Virus record (IMG/VR): IMGVR_UViG_3300036715_000622
Direction: 5' to 3' (one strand)
Source of the DNA: an uncultured virus (IMG/VR IMGVR_UViG_3300036715_000622)
Taxonomy: Duplodnaviria > Heunggongvirae > Uroviricota > Caudoviricetes
Length of the DNA stretch: 64,000 bases
Part shown: piece after piece, positions 7,271 through 16,959 of the stretch
Position numbering within the stretch: position 1 is the stretch's first letter
Layout: each line of letters starts with the position of its first letter
Made by a program: the position numbers and the translations under genes
The notes under the pieces: generated by a model
Told to the model about the DNA's origin: nothing
The model's input: the letters and a program-made list of their open reading frames with translations, nothing else
Database searches by the model: none

Positions 7271-8584
7271 ATGTTACTTATTAGTCGTCCAGACATAGAA
7301 TCAGAGTATATTCAGGAGTTTGATGTATCTGAGCGTTTCATCAAGCTCCCTGTAGCAAAGTATTTAGAATTATTACCTACTAAGGTTGATGGTAGGTCTA
7401 GTAATGTATTGGAAGAGATAAATAGACCTCAAATTGCATTAATCAACGCAATCAACTCACCTAAATATAGATTTGTATGTGCTGCACTAGCACGACGACT
7501 AGGTAAAACCTATATTGCTAATATTATTGCACAACTTGTAGTATTAGTACCTGGTTGCAATGTACTAATTATGTCTCCAAACTACTCACTTAGTTCTATT
7601 AGTTTCGAGTTACAGCGTAAGTTAATGGGAACTTTTGATCTTGAAATAGCTCGTGATAACTTGAAGGATAAGATTATTGAACTATCTAATGGATCAACCG
7701 TTAGAATGGGTTCTATTAATCAAGTAGATTCATCAGTTGGTAGGTCATATACTCTAATTCTATTTGACGAAGCAGCTCTATCACGAGATGGTGAAGCGGC
7801 TTTTAACGTTAGCTTACGACCAACTCTAGACCTGCCCAATAGTAAAGCTATATTTATTTCAACACCTCGTGGTAAGAAGAACTGGTTTAGCCGCTTCTAC
7901 GCCAGAGGATTTAGTTCAGAGTTTCCTGAGTGGGCTTCAATTACAGCTGACTATACCGAGAATAGTCGTATGAGCGAGAAGGATGTTCAAGAAGCTCGTA
8001 TGTCTATGACGCCAGCCGAATTTGAGCAAGAGTATCTCGCCTCATTTAATACCTATGAGGGACAGATATACACTCTTAGCGAAGAAAACATTGTTGATGA
8101 ACTACCAGAGGGCAAATATGAGTACTTTGGGGGAATTGACCCCGGCTACAAAGACCCAACTGCAGTAGTAATCATAGCCTATGATATAGAGAATAACATA
8201 TACTATATTATTGAAGATTATTTAGAGGCACAGAAAACCACTGCACAACACGCTGAACATATTAGAGAGATGCTATCTAGGAATGATGTAGAAGTGCTAT
8301 TTATTGACTCAGCAGCTGCGCAATTTGCAGGCGACCTAGCGTATAGCTATGACATTGCTACAATTAAAGCTAAGAAGGCAGTGCTTGAAGGAATCGCATA
8401 CGTTCAGACCTTAGTACAGAGAGATCAATTAAAAGTATTAAGAAGTTGCAACCATGTATTAGATGCTATGGATCAGTATCAGTGGGACCCTAACGAAAAC
8501 TTAACAAAAGAAAAACCTGCTCACAATGAAGCATCCCACATAGCAGATGCTATTAGGTACGCTTTATACTCCTTTACTCTATAA
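7271..8584 (+). CDS. terL: Terminase large subunit (T5-like)
   Basis: ARRLGKT Walker A, ILFDEAA Walker B, ISTP, GIDPG nuclease motif, HIADAIRY. Confidence 0.95.
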   Translation: MLLISRPDIESEYIQEFDVSERFIKLPVAKYLELLPTKVDGRSSNVLEEINRPQIALINAINSPKYRFVCAALARRLGKTYIANIIAQLVVLVPGCNVLIMSPNYSLSSISFELQRKLMGTFDLEIARDNLKDKIIELSNGSTVRMGSINQVDSSVGRSYTLILFDEAALSRDGEAAFNVSLRPTLDLPNSKAIFISTPRGKKNWFSRFYARGFSSEFPEWASITADYTENSRMSEKDVQEARMSMTPAEFEQEYLASFNTYEGQIYTLSEENIVDELPEGKYEYFGGIDPGYKDPTAVVIIAYDIENNIYYIIEDYLEAQKTTAQHAEHIREMLSRNDVEVLFIDSAAAQFAGDLAYSYDIATIKAKKAVLEGIAYVQTLVQRDQLKVLRSCNHVLDAMDQYQWDPNENLTKEKPAHNEASHIADAIRYALYSFTL

Positions 8585-8596
8585 GAAAAACATAAA

Positions 8597-9160
8597 ATGA
8601 ACTCTGGAATCTATAAACTAACATTTAAAAGTGGCAAGTACTATATTGGCAAAAGTAATAATATAGATCGTAGGTGGAAAGAACACCACGATAAATTTAA
8701 TCGTGGGAAAGCTGCTACTCGTATGCAGCAAGAGTTTAATAGGTATGGTATGCCTAAAGGAGAGGTTTTACTATATTGCCACGAAGATCATATAGATATT
8801 ATGGAAGCTTTGTACATTCATAGTAATTGGGGACCAAATATACTAAATAGTACCCACCCTATTACAGTTAGCCAGAGTGATTATAATGCTTTAGTTAAAC
8901 ACCCAGAGCTACTAAACTATAGTACTGCCTCACACTGTCTAACCATTTATAATAATGCAATAGAGATACGCGATTTAAAGAAAGAATTAGAAAATACTAA
9001 TAGAGAGTATAAGAGAAAAATAGCAAATATAGTGCCAGGCACAGCATTACAAGAATCTGAAGATCTAGTATCAGAACTTGAATCAGAAGTACTAGATCTA
9101 AAGAGAGAGTTACGTAAACTTAAATCACGTAACTGGTTTGAACGTCTTTTTAACTTATAG
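8597..9160 (+). CDS. GIY-YIG endonuclease with C-terminal coiled coil
   Basis: SGIYKL...YYIGKS..I.RRW.EH...E...N. Confidence 0.85.
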   Translation: MNSGIYKLTFKSGKYYIGKSNNIDRRWKEHHDKFNRGKAATRMQQEFNRYGMPKGEVLLYCHEDHIDIMEALYIHSNWGPNILNSTHPITVSQSDYNALVKHPELLNYSTASHCLTIYNNAIEIRDLKKELENTNREYKRKIANIVPGTALQESEDLVSELESEVLDLKRELRKLKSRNWFERLFNL

Positions 9161-9226
9161 GAAAAATATATGGCATGTAGACCAAAACCAGATAAGAATC
9201 CAACTCCTAAGCCTAAGAAGTAAATG

Positions 9227-9260
9227 AAAACCGCTAACTATTAATAGTTAGCGGTTTTTT
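9227..9260. terminator. Bidirectional intrinsic terminator
   Basis: AAAACCGCTAACTAT-TA-ATAGTTAGCGGTTTT between convergent genes. Confidence 0.85.
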
Positions 9261-10704
9261 ATTTTAATACCCAAACATCATTACCACAGTCAAATACTCT
9301 ATAGTATCCAGCCTCTTTCATTATCTCTACTTCAGTCATCTCCTCCTTATATACCTCAGGAAATAGTTCCTTTAATTTATGTTTTTGACACTGATACCTA
9401 GACAAGGATTTAAGTCCTCTATAGTACCTATAGTTAGGAGCAGAAGTGTGTAGGTACTCAAATCCTAGTTTTTTATATAGGGCCCCAGTACTCCAGCGCC
9501 TATCACTATAGCTAATAATAGATCCTTTATGCCCCTTAATAAAGTACTTTAGTAGCTTAGAAGCCCCACCTACTACAGTTATATCTAGTAAAGAACAATA
9601 ACGAACTAATTCATAGTCGTACCCTTTAGTAAACTTGGGAGTACTAAAGGTCATGACTGCAACTAATTCATCATAGTAAAATAGTCCCAAATTTATAGAA
9701 GAGGGAGAGCCAGCACCCTGTATATGGTTAGCCTCTAAAAACTCTCGGGGAAATCCAATTTCTTTTACTATGCATTTACGTGCACCTATCTGATCTGTAC
9801 TACCTAGTATAGATTTAATTCGGGACTTTACTATATCTTGTTTATTAATCCATTCATCTTCATTAATATGAATTAATTGGTATCCAAAATTCTCTACACC
9901 TATAGTCTTATCAAGATGATACCTACTGCCTTTAATTTCCTCTCTATGATGGTATACCCCATTAAACTCAAAAGCCAACCCAAGATCTGGCAGAACAATA
10001 TCTATCTCTTTACCTTCTAAGATATCTCTATCCCCCGAAATCACCCATCCAGAGTATATTGACTTTATATAGGTAAGTAACTCAAGTTCCTTATTAGAAG
10101 TATTAGGATTACACTGAGGGCATATACTAGAGTCACCCCGTTCTAGTATATTATTAGGGCGTACCTGTGTAGTATGATCACAGGTAGTATACCCTATCTG
10201 AATAAGCTCCCTACTATGGGTATACTCAGATAGCACTTTAACAGTGGGGTATAGTAAAGATAAATCTGCTATAAATTGTTCAGTACTCTTCTTTCTAGTT
10301 ATAGCTGGTGTACATTTTCTACAAATACTGCCTATTTTCTGAGTAAGAAAATTATCAGGGATTATACTCCAAGTATTATGACAGTCATTACATTCAACAA
10401 GTATTGAAGTTTTAGCATTTATATACTTACCTACCACTTTAATATTGGGGGTAATAGTAGCTACTTCTTGCTCAAATTGTTCCTGCGTTTTCTTATTATA
10501 AACCTGAACTGGATTACATATCCTACATGTACTTCCAGTACCCTTACTTTTTAATCTATCTGGCACTATCTCCCACTCATGACCACAAGCCCCTTTAACT
10601 AACACTTTACTTTTAGCATTAATATATTCCCCTACTACTAATAAGGTAGGATGAGTTATACGCATATACTCCTTAAATTTATTGCTATTTATACTTGTAA
10701 TCAT
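9259..10704 (-). CDS. Hef-like free-standing endonuclease (zinc-ribbon repeats + PD-(D/E)xK/Vsr-like core + C-terminal domain), copy 1
   Basis: Three Cys-rich repeats; EIDIVLPDLGLAFEFNGVYHH; ARKC...HIQG...YSDRRW. Start set at MITS (10704), AGGAG SD, own TTGACT-17-TATAAT promoter at 10726-10754. Confidence 0.75.
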   Translation of the reverse strand: MITSINSNKFKEYMRITHPTLLVVGEYINAKSKVLVKGACGHEWEIVPDRLKSKGTGSTCRICNPVQVYNKKTQEQFEQEVATITPNIKVVGKYINAKTSILVECNDCHNTWSIIPDNFLTQKIGSICRKCTPAITRKKSTEQFIADLSLLYPTVKVLSEYTHSRELIQIGYTTCDHTTQVRPNNILERGDSSICPQCNPNTSNKELELLTYIKSIYSGWVISGDRDILEGKEIDIVLPDLGLAFEFNGVYHHREEIKGSRYHLDKTIGVENFGYQLIHINEDEWINKQDIVKSRIKSILGSTDQIGARKCIVKEIGFPREFLEANHIQGAGSPSSINLGLFYYDELVAVMTFSTPKFTKGYDYELVRYCSLLDITVVGGASKLLKYFIKGHKGSIISYSDRRWSTGALYKKLGFEYLHTSAPNYRYYRGLKSLSRYQCQKHKLKELFPEVYKEEMTEVEIMKEAGYYRVFDCGNDVWVLK

Positions 10705-10791
10705 ATTTATTCTCCTATTTATATTATTATAAAATAAAAACAAGTAAAAGTCAAGACTAAATTTTATGGCCCAGCATAAAAAATTTTATCC

Positions 10792-10820
10792 TTGACTTAT
10801 GCTTGCATCTATGAGATAAT
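10792..10820 (+). promoter_or_regulatory. Late promoter for the head operon
   Basis: TTGACT-17-GATAAT preceded by AAAAAATTTTATCC. Confidence 0.7.
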
Positions 10821-10850
10821 ATCCTATAAATCAAAGATAAGAGCTTAAAA

Positions 10851-11276
10851 ATGGCATCTAATACAGGAGCTAACAAACGTATTCCGGTGAAGTGGATTAG
10901 AGACGGAGCTAAAGCCGCTTATATTAAGCAACCAGCCTGCCAAATATGCGGGTCAACAGAAGATTTAGAGCTGCATCATACTAATTCAGTAACTCTAATG
11001 CTAGAAGCATGGGTAAAGAAAACTGGGTATAGTATTGAAACAGACGAGGATGTGCTAGCAATTAGAGACGAGTTTATAAACACCCATTACTCACAAATGT
11101 ACGATCAAGTGTACACCCTTTGCAATACTTGCCATGTTAAATTACATGGAGTATTTGGAAAGGCACCGCCGCTTAATACGGCATCTAGGCAGAGTAGATG
11201 GATTAGTTTACAAAAGGATAAGTTCTCAGGTGTAGCACCCGAAAAGAAGGCCGGAGCCTTTAGCAATTTCTACTAA
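10851..11276 (+). CDS. HNH endonuclease, T5 nicking-endonuclease-like
   Basis: CQICG..EDLELHH...TLCNTCHVKLH; conserved T5 position upstream of portal. Confidence 0.8.
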   Translation: MASNTGANKRIPVKWIRDGAKAAYIKQPACQICGSTEDLELHHTNSVTLMLEAWVKKTGYSIETDEDVLAIRDEFINTHYSQMYDQVYTLCNTCHVKLHGVFGKAPPLNTASRQSRWISLQKDKFSGVAPEKKAGAFSNFY

Positions 11277-11285
11277 AGGAATACT

Positions 11286-12476
11286 ATGAGTTGGTGGAAT
11301 CCAATCAGCTGGGTTAAATCTAATCCCGCTCAAGAAATTATTGCATGGTCAGAAGGTAGTAATGTACCTTCTGACTCAAGTGTTACATACGCGCAGGCAC
11401 ACGATAAATTAGAAAGTGTTAACCGAGCCGTTAATATGGTAGTTAGTGCCTGCGCTAGCTTAGACTATGATGTTAAGGATAAAGCAGTAGATGGAATAGT
11501 AGCAGGTGTAAAACAAAAAACCCTAGTTAATCTATTAAACTTTAGACCTAACCCGCATCAATCAACACAAGAATTCAGAACGCACATATTCACAGACTTC
11601 ATTTTAGAAGGTAATATATTTATCTACTACGATGGAGTCTACATGTATCATCTACCAGCTAATAAAATGGTAGTACTACCAGACCCTAAGACATTTGTTA
11701 AAGGTTATACATATAATAATATAACTAATTTTAAGCCCGATGAAATTATACATATTAAGGAGATTAGTAGTACTTCCGTGTATAGAGGTTCTAGTAGATT
11801 AATGGCGGCTGATAGAACAGTTAAAACCCTTTATCGTATGCAAGCTTTTCAGGATCAGTTCTTTGAGAATGGAGCTGTAGCAGGTCTAGTAATTGAAACT
11901 GATAATACTCTTAGCCAGATTGCTAAGGATAGAACAATCCAGAATTGGATCTCTAAATATAGTGTAAAGAATGGTGCTAGACGCCCCATGATACTTGATA
12001 GTGGGTTAAAACTAAAGAATATTGGCGAAGCTAATTTTAAAGATATGGACTTCGACAACTCTATTAGAACTCACGATATTAAAATTTTATTAGCCCTAGG
12101 AGTACCTGAGGTACTTATCTATGGTGGAAATAATGCCAATATCTCCCCAAATTTAAGGCTATTCTATTTAGAAACAGTCTTACCAATTGCACGTAAATTA
12201 GTATCTGGAGTTGAAAGATATTTTGGATATGATGTTGAAGTAGTAACTACAACAGTATCAGCGTTACAGCCAGATATCAAAGATATTGCAGCGTATCATA
12301 GCTCTTTAGTAAATGGAGGTATTGAAACACCGGCAGAAGCTAGAGAAGCATTACGCCTAGAAAAACTCGCGGGTACAGATGAGATAAGAATCCCAGCTAA
12401 TATAGCCGGTTCAGCAGTAAATCCAGGAGTTGGTGGTGCACCTCCTAGTTCTAATGAAGACGACTCAGCACCGTAA
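11286..12476 (+). CDS. Portal protein (HK97/T5-type)
   Basis: LLNFRPNPHQS, GN.FIY, FFENGA..G, ILDSG, GI.TP.EARE. Confidence 0.92.
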   Translation: MSWWNPISWVKSNPAQEIIAWSEGSNVPSDSSVTYAQAHDKLESVNRAVNMVVSACASLDYDVKDKAVDGIVAGVKQKTLVNLLNFRPNPHQSTQEFRTHIFTDFILEGNIFIYYDGVYMYHLPANKMVVLPDPKTFVKGYTYNNITNFKPDEIIHIKEISSTSVYRGSSRLMAADRTVKTLYRMQAFQDQFFENGAVAGLVIETDNTLSQIAKDRTIQNWISKYSVKNGARRPMILDSGLKLKNIGEANFKDMDFDNSIRTHDIKILLALGVPEVLIYGGNNANISPNLRLFYLETVLPIARKLVSGVERYFGYDVEVVTTTVSALQPDIKDIAAYHSSLVNGGIETPAEAREALRLEKLAGTDEIRIPANIAGSAVNPGVGGAPPSSNEDDSAP

Positions 12477-12485
12477 AGGAGTATT

Positions 12486-14420
12486 ATGAAGGTAACTGAT
12501 AAGATTTTATATCTTACCTCTCAGTTTAAGAAGGATATGCCTCTGCCAAAAGCAGGAGACACCATTGATTCTATCAATATCGAAGGGTACGCAAATACTA
12601 CTAGTGTAGATAGAACTGGCGATATTATCCCAATGCCTGCTTGGAATACAGCACTTGAAAACTACTTAAAAAATCCTATTATTTTGGCTTATCATGATCA
12701 CGATGAGCCAATTGGTAGAATGGTAGATTATAGAGTGGATGAGCAGGGTTTATGGGTTAAGGCACGTATTTCAGCAGCTGCTGAGGATGTTTTTAACTTA
12801 ATAAAAGATGGTGTACTAACCGCATTTAGTGTTGGATTCATCATTAAAGATGCTATGTATGATTCTGTAACAGACTTATTTATTATCAAAGAGCTAGAAC
12901 TTCTAGAGATCTCGGTAGTATCAGTCCCAGCAAATCAAGATAGTATATTTAGTCTTTCCAAGTCATTTGAAACTGACGAGGATTATAGTAAATTTAAAAG
13001 TCAATTTGCAGCGAAAAGCGAATCAGCTAAAAGGCTAGAGTCCTCAGAGCCAAGCAAAATTGACCCAATTAAAAAGGAATGGAATATGGATCCAAAAGAA
13101 TTAGAATTAATGCTAGCTAAAGCCGCAGAAGATGCTGCAACCAAAGCAGTAGCTGCTGTAACTGAAAAAGCATTGGCTGAAAAAGCAGCTGCTGAAAAAG
13201 CAGCTAAAGAAGAAAAAGAAATAAGTGATAAGATTGCTGCTGCTGTTAAAGTGGGCCAATCAGGTGCAGAAAAGCTTCTTACAGATATCGAAGCACGTAT
13301 TGCTGCACAAGAGCAAGCATCCAAAGATGCCCTAGCTGGTCTTGAAGCAACAATTCGTGAAAAGACAGAAGAACTTGCCGCTATCCAAAAAAGCAAGATG
13401 AACTTCTCTGATAAAGATGCTGGCCAAGCTACTACATATGAAGAACGTGAAAAGGCAGTTCTTGCTGCAAAAATCATGGGTAAATCATTGGATGGTACTA
13501 AGTTTGGTCGTAGTATTATTGAAAAAACCGGTGCTCATGAAGCTTCTGCAACATGGGAACTAGAAGTTTCTCTAGCAATGGAATCGGAAATTCGCCGTCG
13601 TTTAGTTATTGCTCCTCTGGTCCGTCAGATCGCAATGCAAACCAACGTTATGACTATCCCAGTTAATCCAGAAGCAGGTCTAGCAACTTGGATGGCTAAT
13701 AGCTCATTCGGTACTACTGCATCTGCTGGTGTTGCTCAAGTTCACCAACTAAAAGAAATTACATTGAATGCATATAAAGTTGCTACAATGGAATATCTGG
13801 CATACGAAGAAGAAGAAGATTCACTACTTATACTGCTACCAATCATCCGTGATGCAATGATTCGTCGTGTAGCCCGTGCCGTGGATAAGGCATTTGCTCT
13901 AGGTGCAGGTTCTGGTGCTGATCCAGTTAAAGGTATGGCTCTATATGACGCAACCTCAGTTGTAACTCCTACCAGTACTGGTGCAGCAACTATTGCTAAC
14001 CTACGTGCACTACGTAAAGATCTAGGATATTGGGGTCTTGATCCAGCCGAATTAGTTTATGTCGTTTCTACTGAAGTGTACTATGATCTTCTTGATGATA
14101 CTTCATTCCAGACAATGAATCAGGTCGGTGTTCAAGCAACTCTACTAACAGGTCAAGTAGGTTCAATTGGTAATACTCCAGTTCTAGTTTCTGACGCTTT
14201 CCCATCCAAAACTGGTGGTACTGCATCCGCAACTACTAATATTGGTGCTTTCTGTATTGCTCCAGCAAACTTTATCGCAGGAAATCAGCGTGGTCTACGT
14301 TTCGATACACAAGATCTAGTTGAAACCCAACGTAAAGTTTTAGTAGCTTCTCTACGTACTGGTATGACTCAATTGTCTACAGTCAATGGTATGGGTATTT
14401 CTACTCTACGCTGGTCATAA
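12486..14420 (+). CDS. Fused HK97-type prohead protease + major capsid protein
   Basis: aa 1-200: IEGYANT..VDR.GD, HDH..PIG, FSVGF, LLEISVVSVPANQ. aa 201-644: coiled-coil delta domain and HK97-fold capsid resembling T5 pb8. Confidence 0.9.
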   Translation: MKVTDKILYLTSQFKKDMPLPKAGDTIDSINIEGYANTTSVDRTGDIIPMPAWNTALENYLKNPIILAYHDHDEPIGRMVDYRVDEQGLWVKARISAAAEDVFNLIKDGVLTAFSVGFIIKDAMYDSVTDLFIIKELELLEISVVSVPANQDSIFSLSKSFETDEDYSKFKSQFAAKSESAKRLESSEPSKIDPIKKEWNMDPKELELMLAKAAEDAATKAVAAVTEKALAEKAAAEKAAKEEKEISDKIAAAVKVGQSGAEKLLTDIEARIAAQEQASKDALAGLEATIREKTEELAAIQKSKMNFSDKDAGQATTYEEREKAVLAAKIMGKSLDGTKFGRSIIEKTGAHEASATWELEVSLAMESEIRRRLVIAPLVRQIAMQTNVMTIPVNPEAGLATWMANSSFGTTASAGVAQVHQLKEITLNAYKVATMEYLAYEEEEDSLLILLPIIRDAMIRRVARAVDKAFALGAGSGADPVKGMALYDATSVVTPTSTGAATIANLRALRKDLGYWGLDPAELVYVVSTEVYYDLLDDTSFQTMNQVGVQATLLTGQVGSIGNTPVLVSDAFPSKTGGTASATTNIGAFCIAPANFIAGNQRGLRFDTQDLVETQRKVLVASLRTGMTQLSTVNGMGISTLRWS

Positions 14421-14431
14421 GTAATAAAAGT

Positions 14432-14486
14432 TGAGGGCCTAGGCCCTCTTCTTTTATAAGGGTTTAATGAACCCTTATAAAAGAAT
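14432..14486 (+). terminator. Terminator hairpins after the capsid gene
   Basis: GAGGGCCTAGGCCCTC-TTCTTTT, plus TTTTATAAGGGTT..AACCCTTATAAAA. Confidence 0.6.
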
Positions 14487-14500
14487 ATAAGGAGTAATAC

Positions 14501-15073
14501 ATGGGATTAAATCTATTTACTCTAGCTGAGTATAAGGTATACGCAGGAATAGTAAGTACAACACAAGATGTCCAAATTAATACTTTAATTCCAAAAGTTA
14601 GCCAGTTAGCAAAAACTATATGTGCTAGAGCATTTAATGATTATGTAGATGATGCAAAAGTAGAGGTGTATGCTGGAGGTACTACTAAACTAGTAATGTC
14701 TGAATACCCTCTAATTGCACTATCTAGTGTAGAGTACTCAGATGACTATGGGGCTACATATACACCACTTATAGAATTTATTGATTTTGTAGTTGATTCA
14801 GAAGATGGGCATATAACATCTGTAGCACCAACTGGATTTCCAAAAAAGATTAATGGATATAAAGTTACATATACTGCTGGGTTTGATCCAATACCAGAAG
14901 ATTTAAAAGTTGCAGTAATGGACCTGTTATCTTACTACTTAAAGAATGATATGGCAGTTAAATCTCAACGTAATGTTGGTGCTAATACCGTTCAAATAGA
15001 GTATATTACTAAAAATACTCTACCATCACATATCTCACGTGTATTTGATCTTTATAAGTCTACGGTGAACTAA
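14501..15073 (+). CDS. Head completion / head-tail adaptor protein
   Basis: TLAEYKVY.GI...VTYTAGF..IPEDLK.A; position after the capsid gene. Confidence 0.85.
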   Translation: MGLNLFTLAEYKVYAGIVSTTQDVQINTLIPKVSQLAKTICARAFNDYVDDAKVEVYAGGTTKLVMSEYPLIALSSVEYSDDYGATYTPLIEFIDFVVDSEDGHITSVAPTGFPKKINGYKVTYTAGFDPIPEDLKVAVMDLLSYYLKNDMAVKSQRNVGANTVQIEYITKNTLPSHISRVFDLYKSTVN

Positions 15074-15074
15074 G

Positions 15075-16442
15075 ATGGGGGAAAAAGTTGATTTAAAAGA
15101 TCTAATACGTAGTAAGTCTAAAGAGTTCTTTGATGCGCTATATGCTAATTATAGGCCTGAACTAGATGCAAGTATAACAATATTAGACTTATCGTACGAA
15201 TCTCTAAAAGTAAATGTTTATTTGGGCGATAAATTAAGTAATGCCCAAGCGGAAGTATATGATAGAGTATACGATACTTTATACACTGTCGTAAAAGAGA
15301 AAATGCCCAGTAATAGAACCTTCTACTCTTTAGAAGATCCCAGGGTAGAAGAATATTTAAAAACAAGGGATGGAAAGTGGTATATATTTCTTGTAGATGG
15401 GGGAAAGAATCATTTCTTTTTAGTAGGAAAGAGTTTCAATTCTATAAGAAAGTTTATAAGTGATAGTGTATCCCCAGATCCAAGACTATCTAATACTAGA
15501 TTCGGTTCAACAAAACTATTTAAAGAAATACTTAATAGTGATGATACCTCTACTGGGGATTATAAAGTCACCACTAGATCCAAAGTAGATATAGGACATA
15601 TCCCCTCAGAAGATAACGATAATTTGGTATCACCACTAGAAAAGAAGATACAGGCAGTATTAGATCTAGCATATAATACTGGTAATAGTAGAATAGAGCA
15701 ACAGGCACGTAAGGCACTACAAGACTTATATGATGTTCAAGCATCTTTTGCTTATAGCTTTAAAAATACTTCCCAAGAGGATATCGACACAGCCCGTAGA
15801 GTACTAGGTAAAGGCTATGTAGTAGTTACATTACATACCAGAAATAAAAATGCTAAATTCTCTAAGGAAGAATTTAGAATATTTAATAAGCTAGCTCATG
15901 AAATAGCTCTAAGTCTCCCTAATACATCTGGTTCTAACACTATAATACAAGATTTAACCGCAGAAATAGTTAGTAACCTAACTGGAGAAAAAAAGAAAGT
16001 AAGTGCACATGGAGAGCATGCTGGCACAGTAACTGCAAATCTTAGTAAAAAAGTAGGTGTAACCTCTAATACTACTAGTATTAACATAAGGGCTAGAAAC
16101 AAATTAGGTCAATTCACCAGCCTTGCTAATTTACAGACGTTGCTGAATCAGGCCCTCGCAAAACAAATTAGAAGTAATATGGGCACTGGAAGTTCACGTA
16201 ATGTATTAAATAATAGAACTGGTAGATTATCAGAATCAGCTAAGGTAGAAAGACTATCCTTGTCTAGAGATGGTTTAATTACAGCATTTTATTCATATAT
16301 GAAGTATCCATATGCTACATTCTCAGAAGGTGGAAGGCAAGAATTACCACGCTCAAGAGACCCCAAACTACTAATATCAAAGAGTATTAGGGAGTTAGCA
16401 GCAACCCTAGTGTTAAATAGAATGAGGGCAGTAAACATATGA
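15075..16442 (+). CDS. Tail completion / neck protein (T5 p143-like C-terminus)
   Basis: C-terminal L.NRTGR..ES...YSYMKYPYATF...RDP..LI.KSIR; position. Confidence 0.7.
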   Translation: MGEKVDLKDLIRSKSKEFFDALYANYRPELDASITILDLSYESLKVNVYLGDKLSNAQAEVYDRVYDTLYTVVKEKMPSNRTFYSLEDPRVEEYLKTRDGKWYIFLVDGGKNHFFLVGKSFNSIRKFISDSVSPDPRLSNTRFGSTKLFKEILNSDDTSTGDYKVTTRSKVDIGHIPSEDNDNLVSPLEKKIQAVLDLAYNTGNSRIEQQARKALQDLYDVQASFAYSFKNTSQEDIDTARRVLGKGYVVVTLHTRNKNAKFSKEEFRIFNKLAHEIALSLPNTSGSNTIIQDLTAEIVSNLTGEKKKVSAHGEHAGTVTANLSKKVGVTSNTTSINIRARNKLGQFTSLANLQTLLNQALAKQIRSNMGTGSSRNVLNNRTGRLSESAKVERLSLSRDGLITAFYSYMKYPYATFSEGGRQELPRSRDPKLLISKSIRELAATLVLNRMRAVNI

Positions 16443-16879
16443 GTGTACGTACCTCAATTGTAAAAGCATTATCTGAAAAATTAAAGTCAATAGATGGTAC
16501 TGGTATCTATAAAACCAATATATTTAATAATGCGTATCCTAAGCTAGTATTCTGGGATGAATGTAAGGACTTTCCATCTATTTATATATCCACAGGCTCA
16601 GAAACTAGAGAATATTTACCAGGTAACTTCAAATGGGCATTTCTTGTAGTCTCTCTTAAGTTATATGTAAAGGGTGAAGATTCAGCGCAACAACTAGAAG
16701 ATTTACTAGAAGATGTAGAGAAGTGTATTGACCTTAACCGCAATTTAGTTTATGATCCACTAACAGCAGGTGCACAAACTACCGAGATACTAATTAATAG
16801 TATTATAACAGATGAGGGGCTTCTGGCACCTTATGGAGTAGGAGAGATTAATCTTGTTCTACAGTACCAAGTGATGTAA
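16439..16879 (+). CDS. Tail terminator protein (T5 p142-like)
   Basis: RTSIVKAL...FWDE..DFP...ETREYLP...TDEGLL.P.GVGE. Confidence 0.85.
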   Translation: MSVRTSIVKALSEKLKSIDGTGIYKTNIFNNAYPKLVFWDECKDFPSIYISTGSETREYLPGNFKWAFLVVSLKLYVKGEDSAQQLEDLLEDVEKCIDLNRNLVYDPLTAGAQTTEILINSIITDEGLLAPYGVGEINLVLQYQVM

Positions 16880-16959
16880 CCCGTATATTAGCATATCATG
16901 TACAGATAAATATCTAGTCAGTATATGACTAATATGCACAATTATATAAAGGAAATAAT

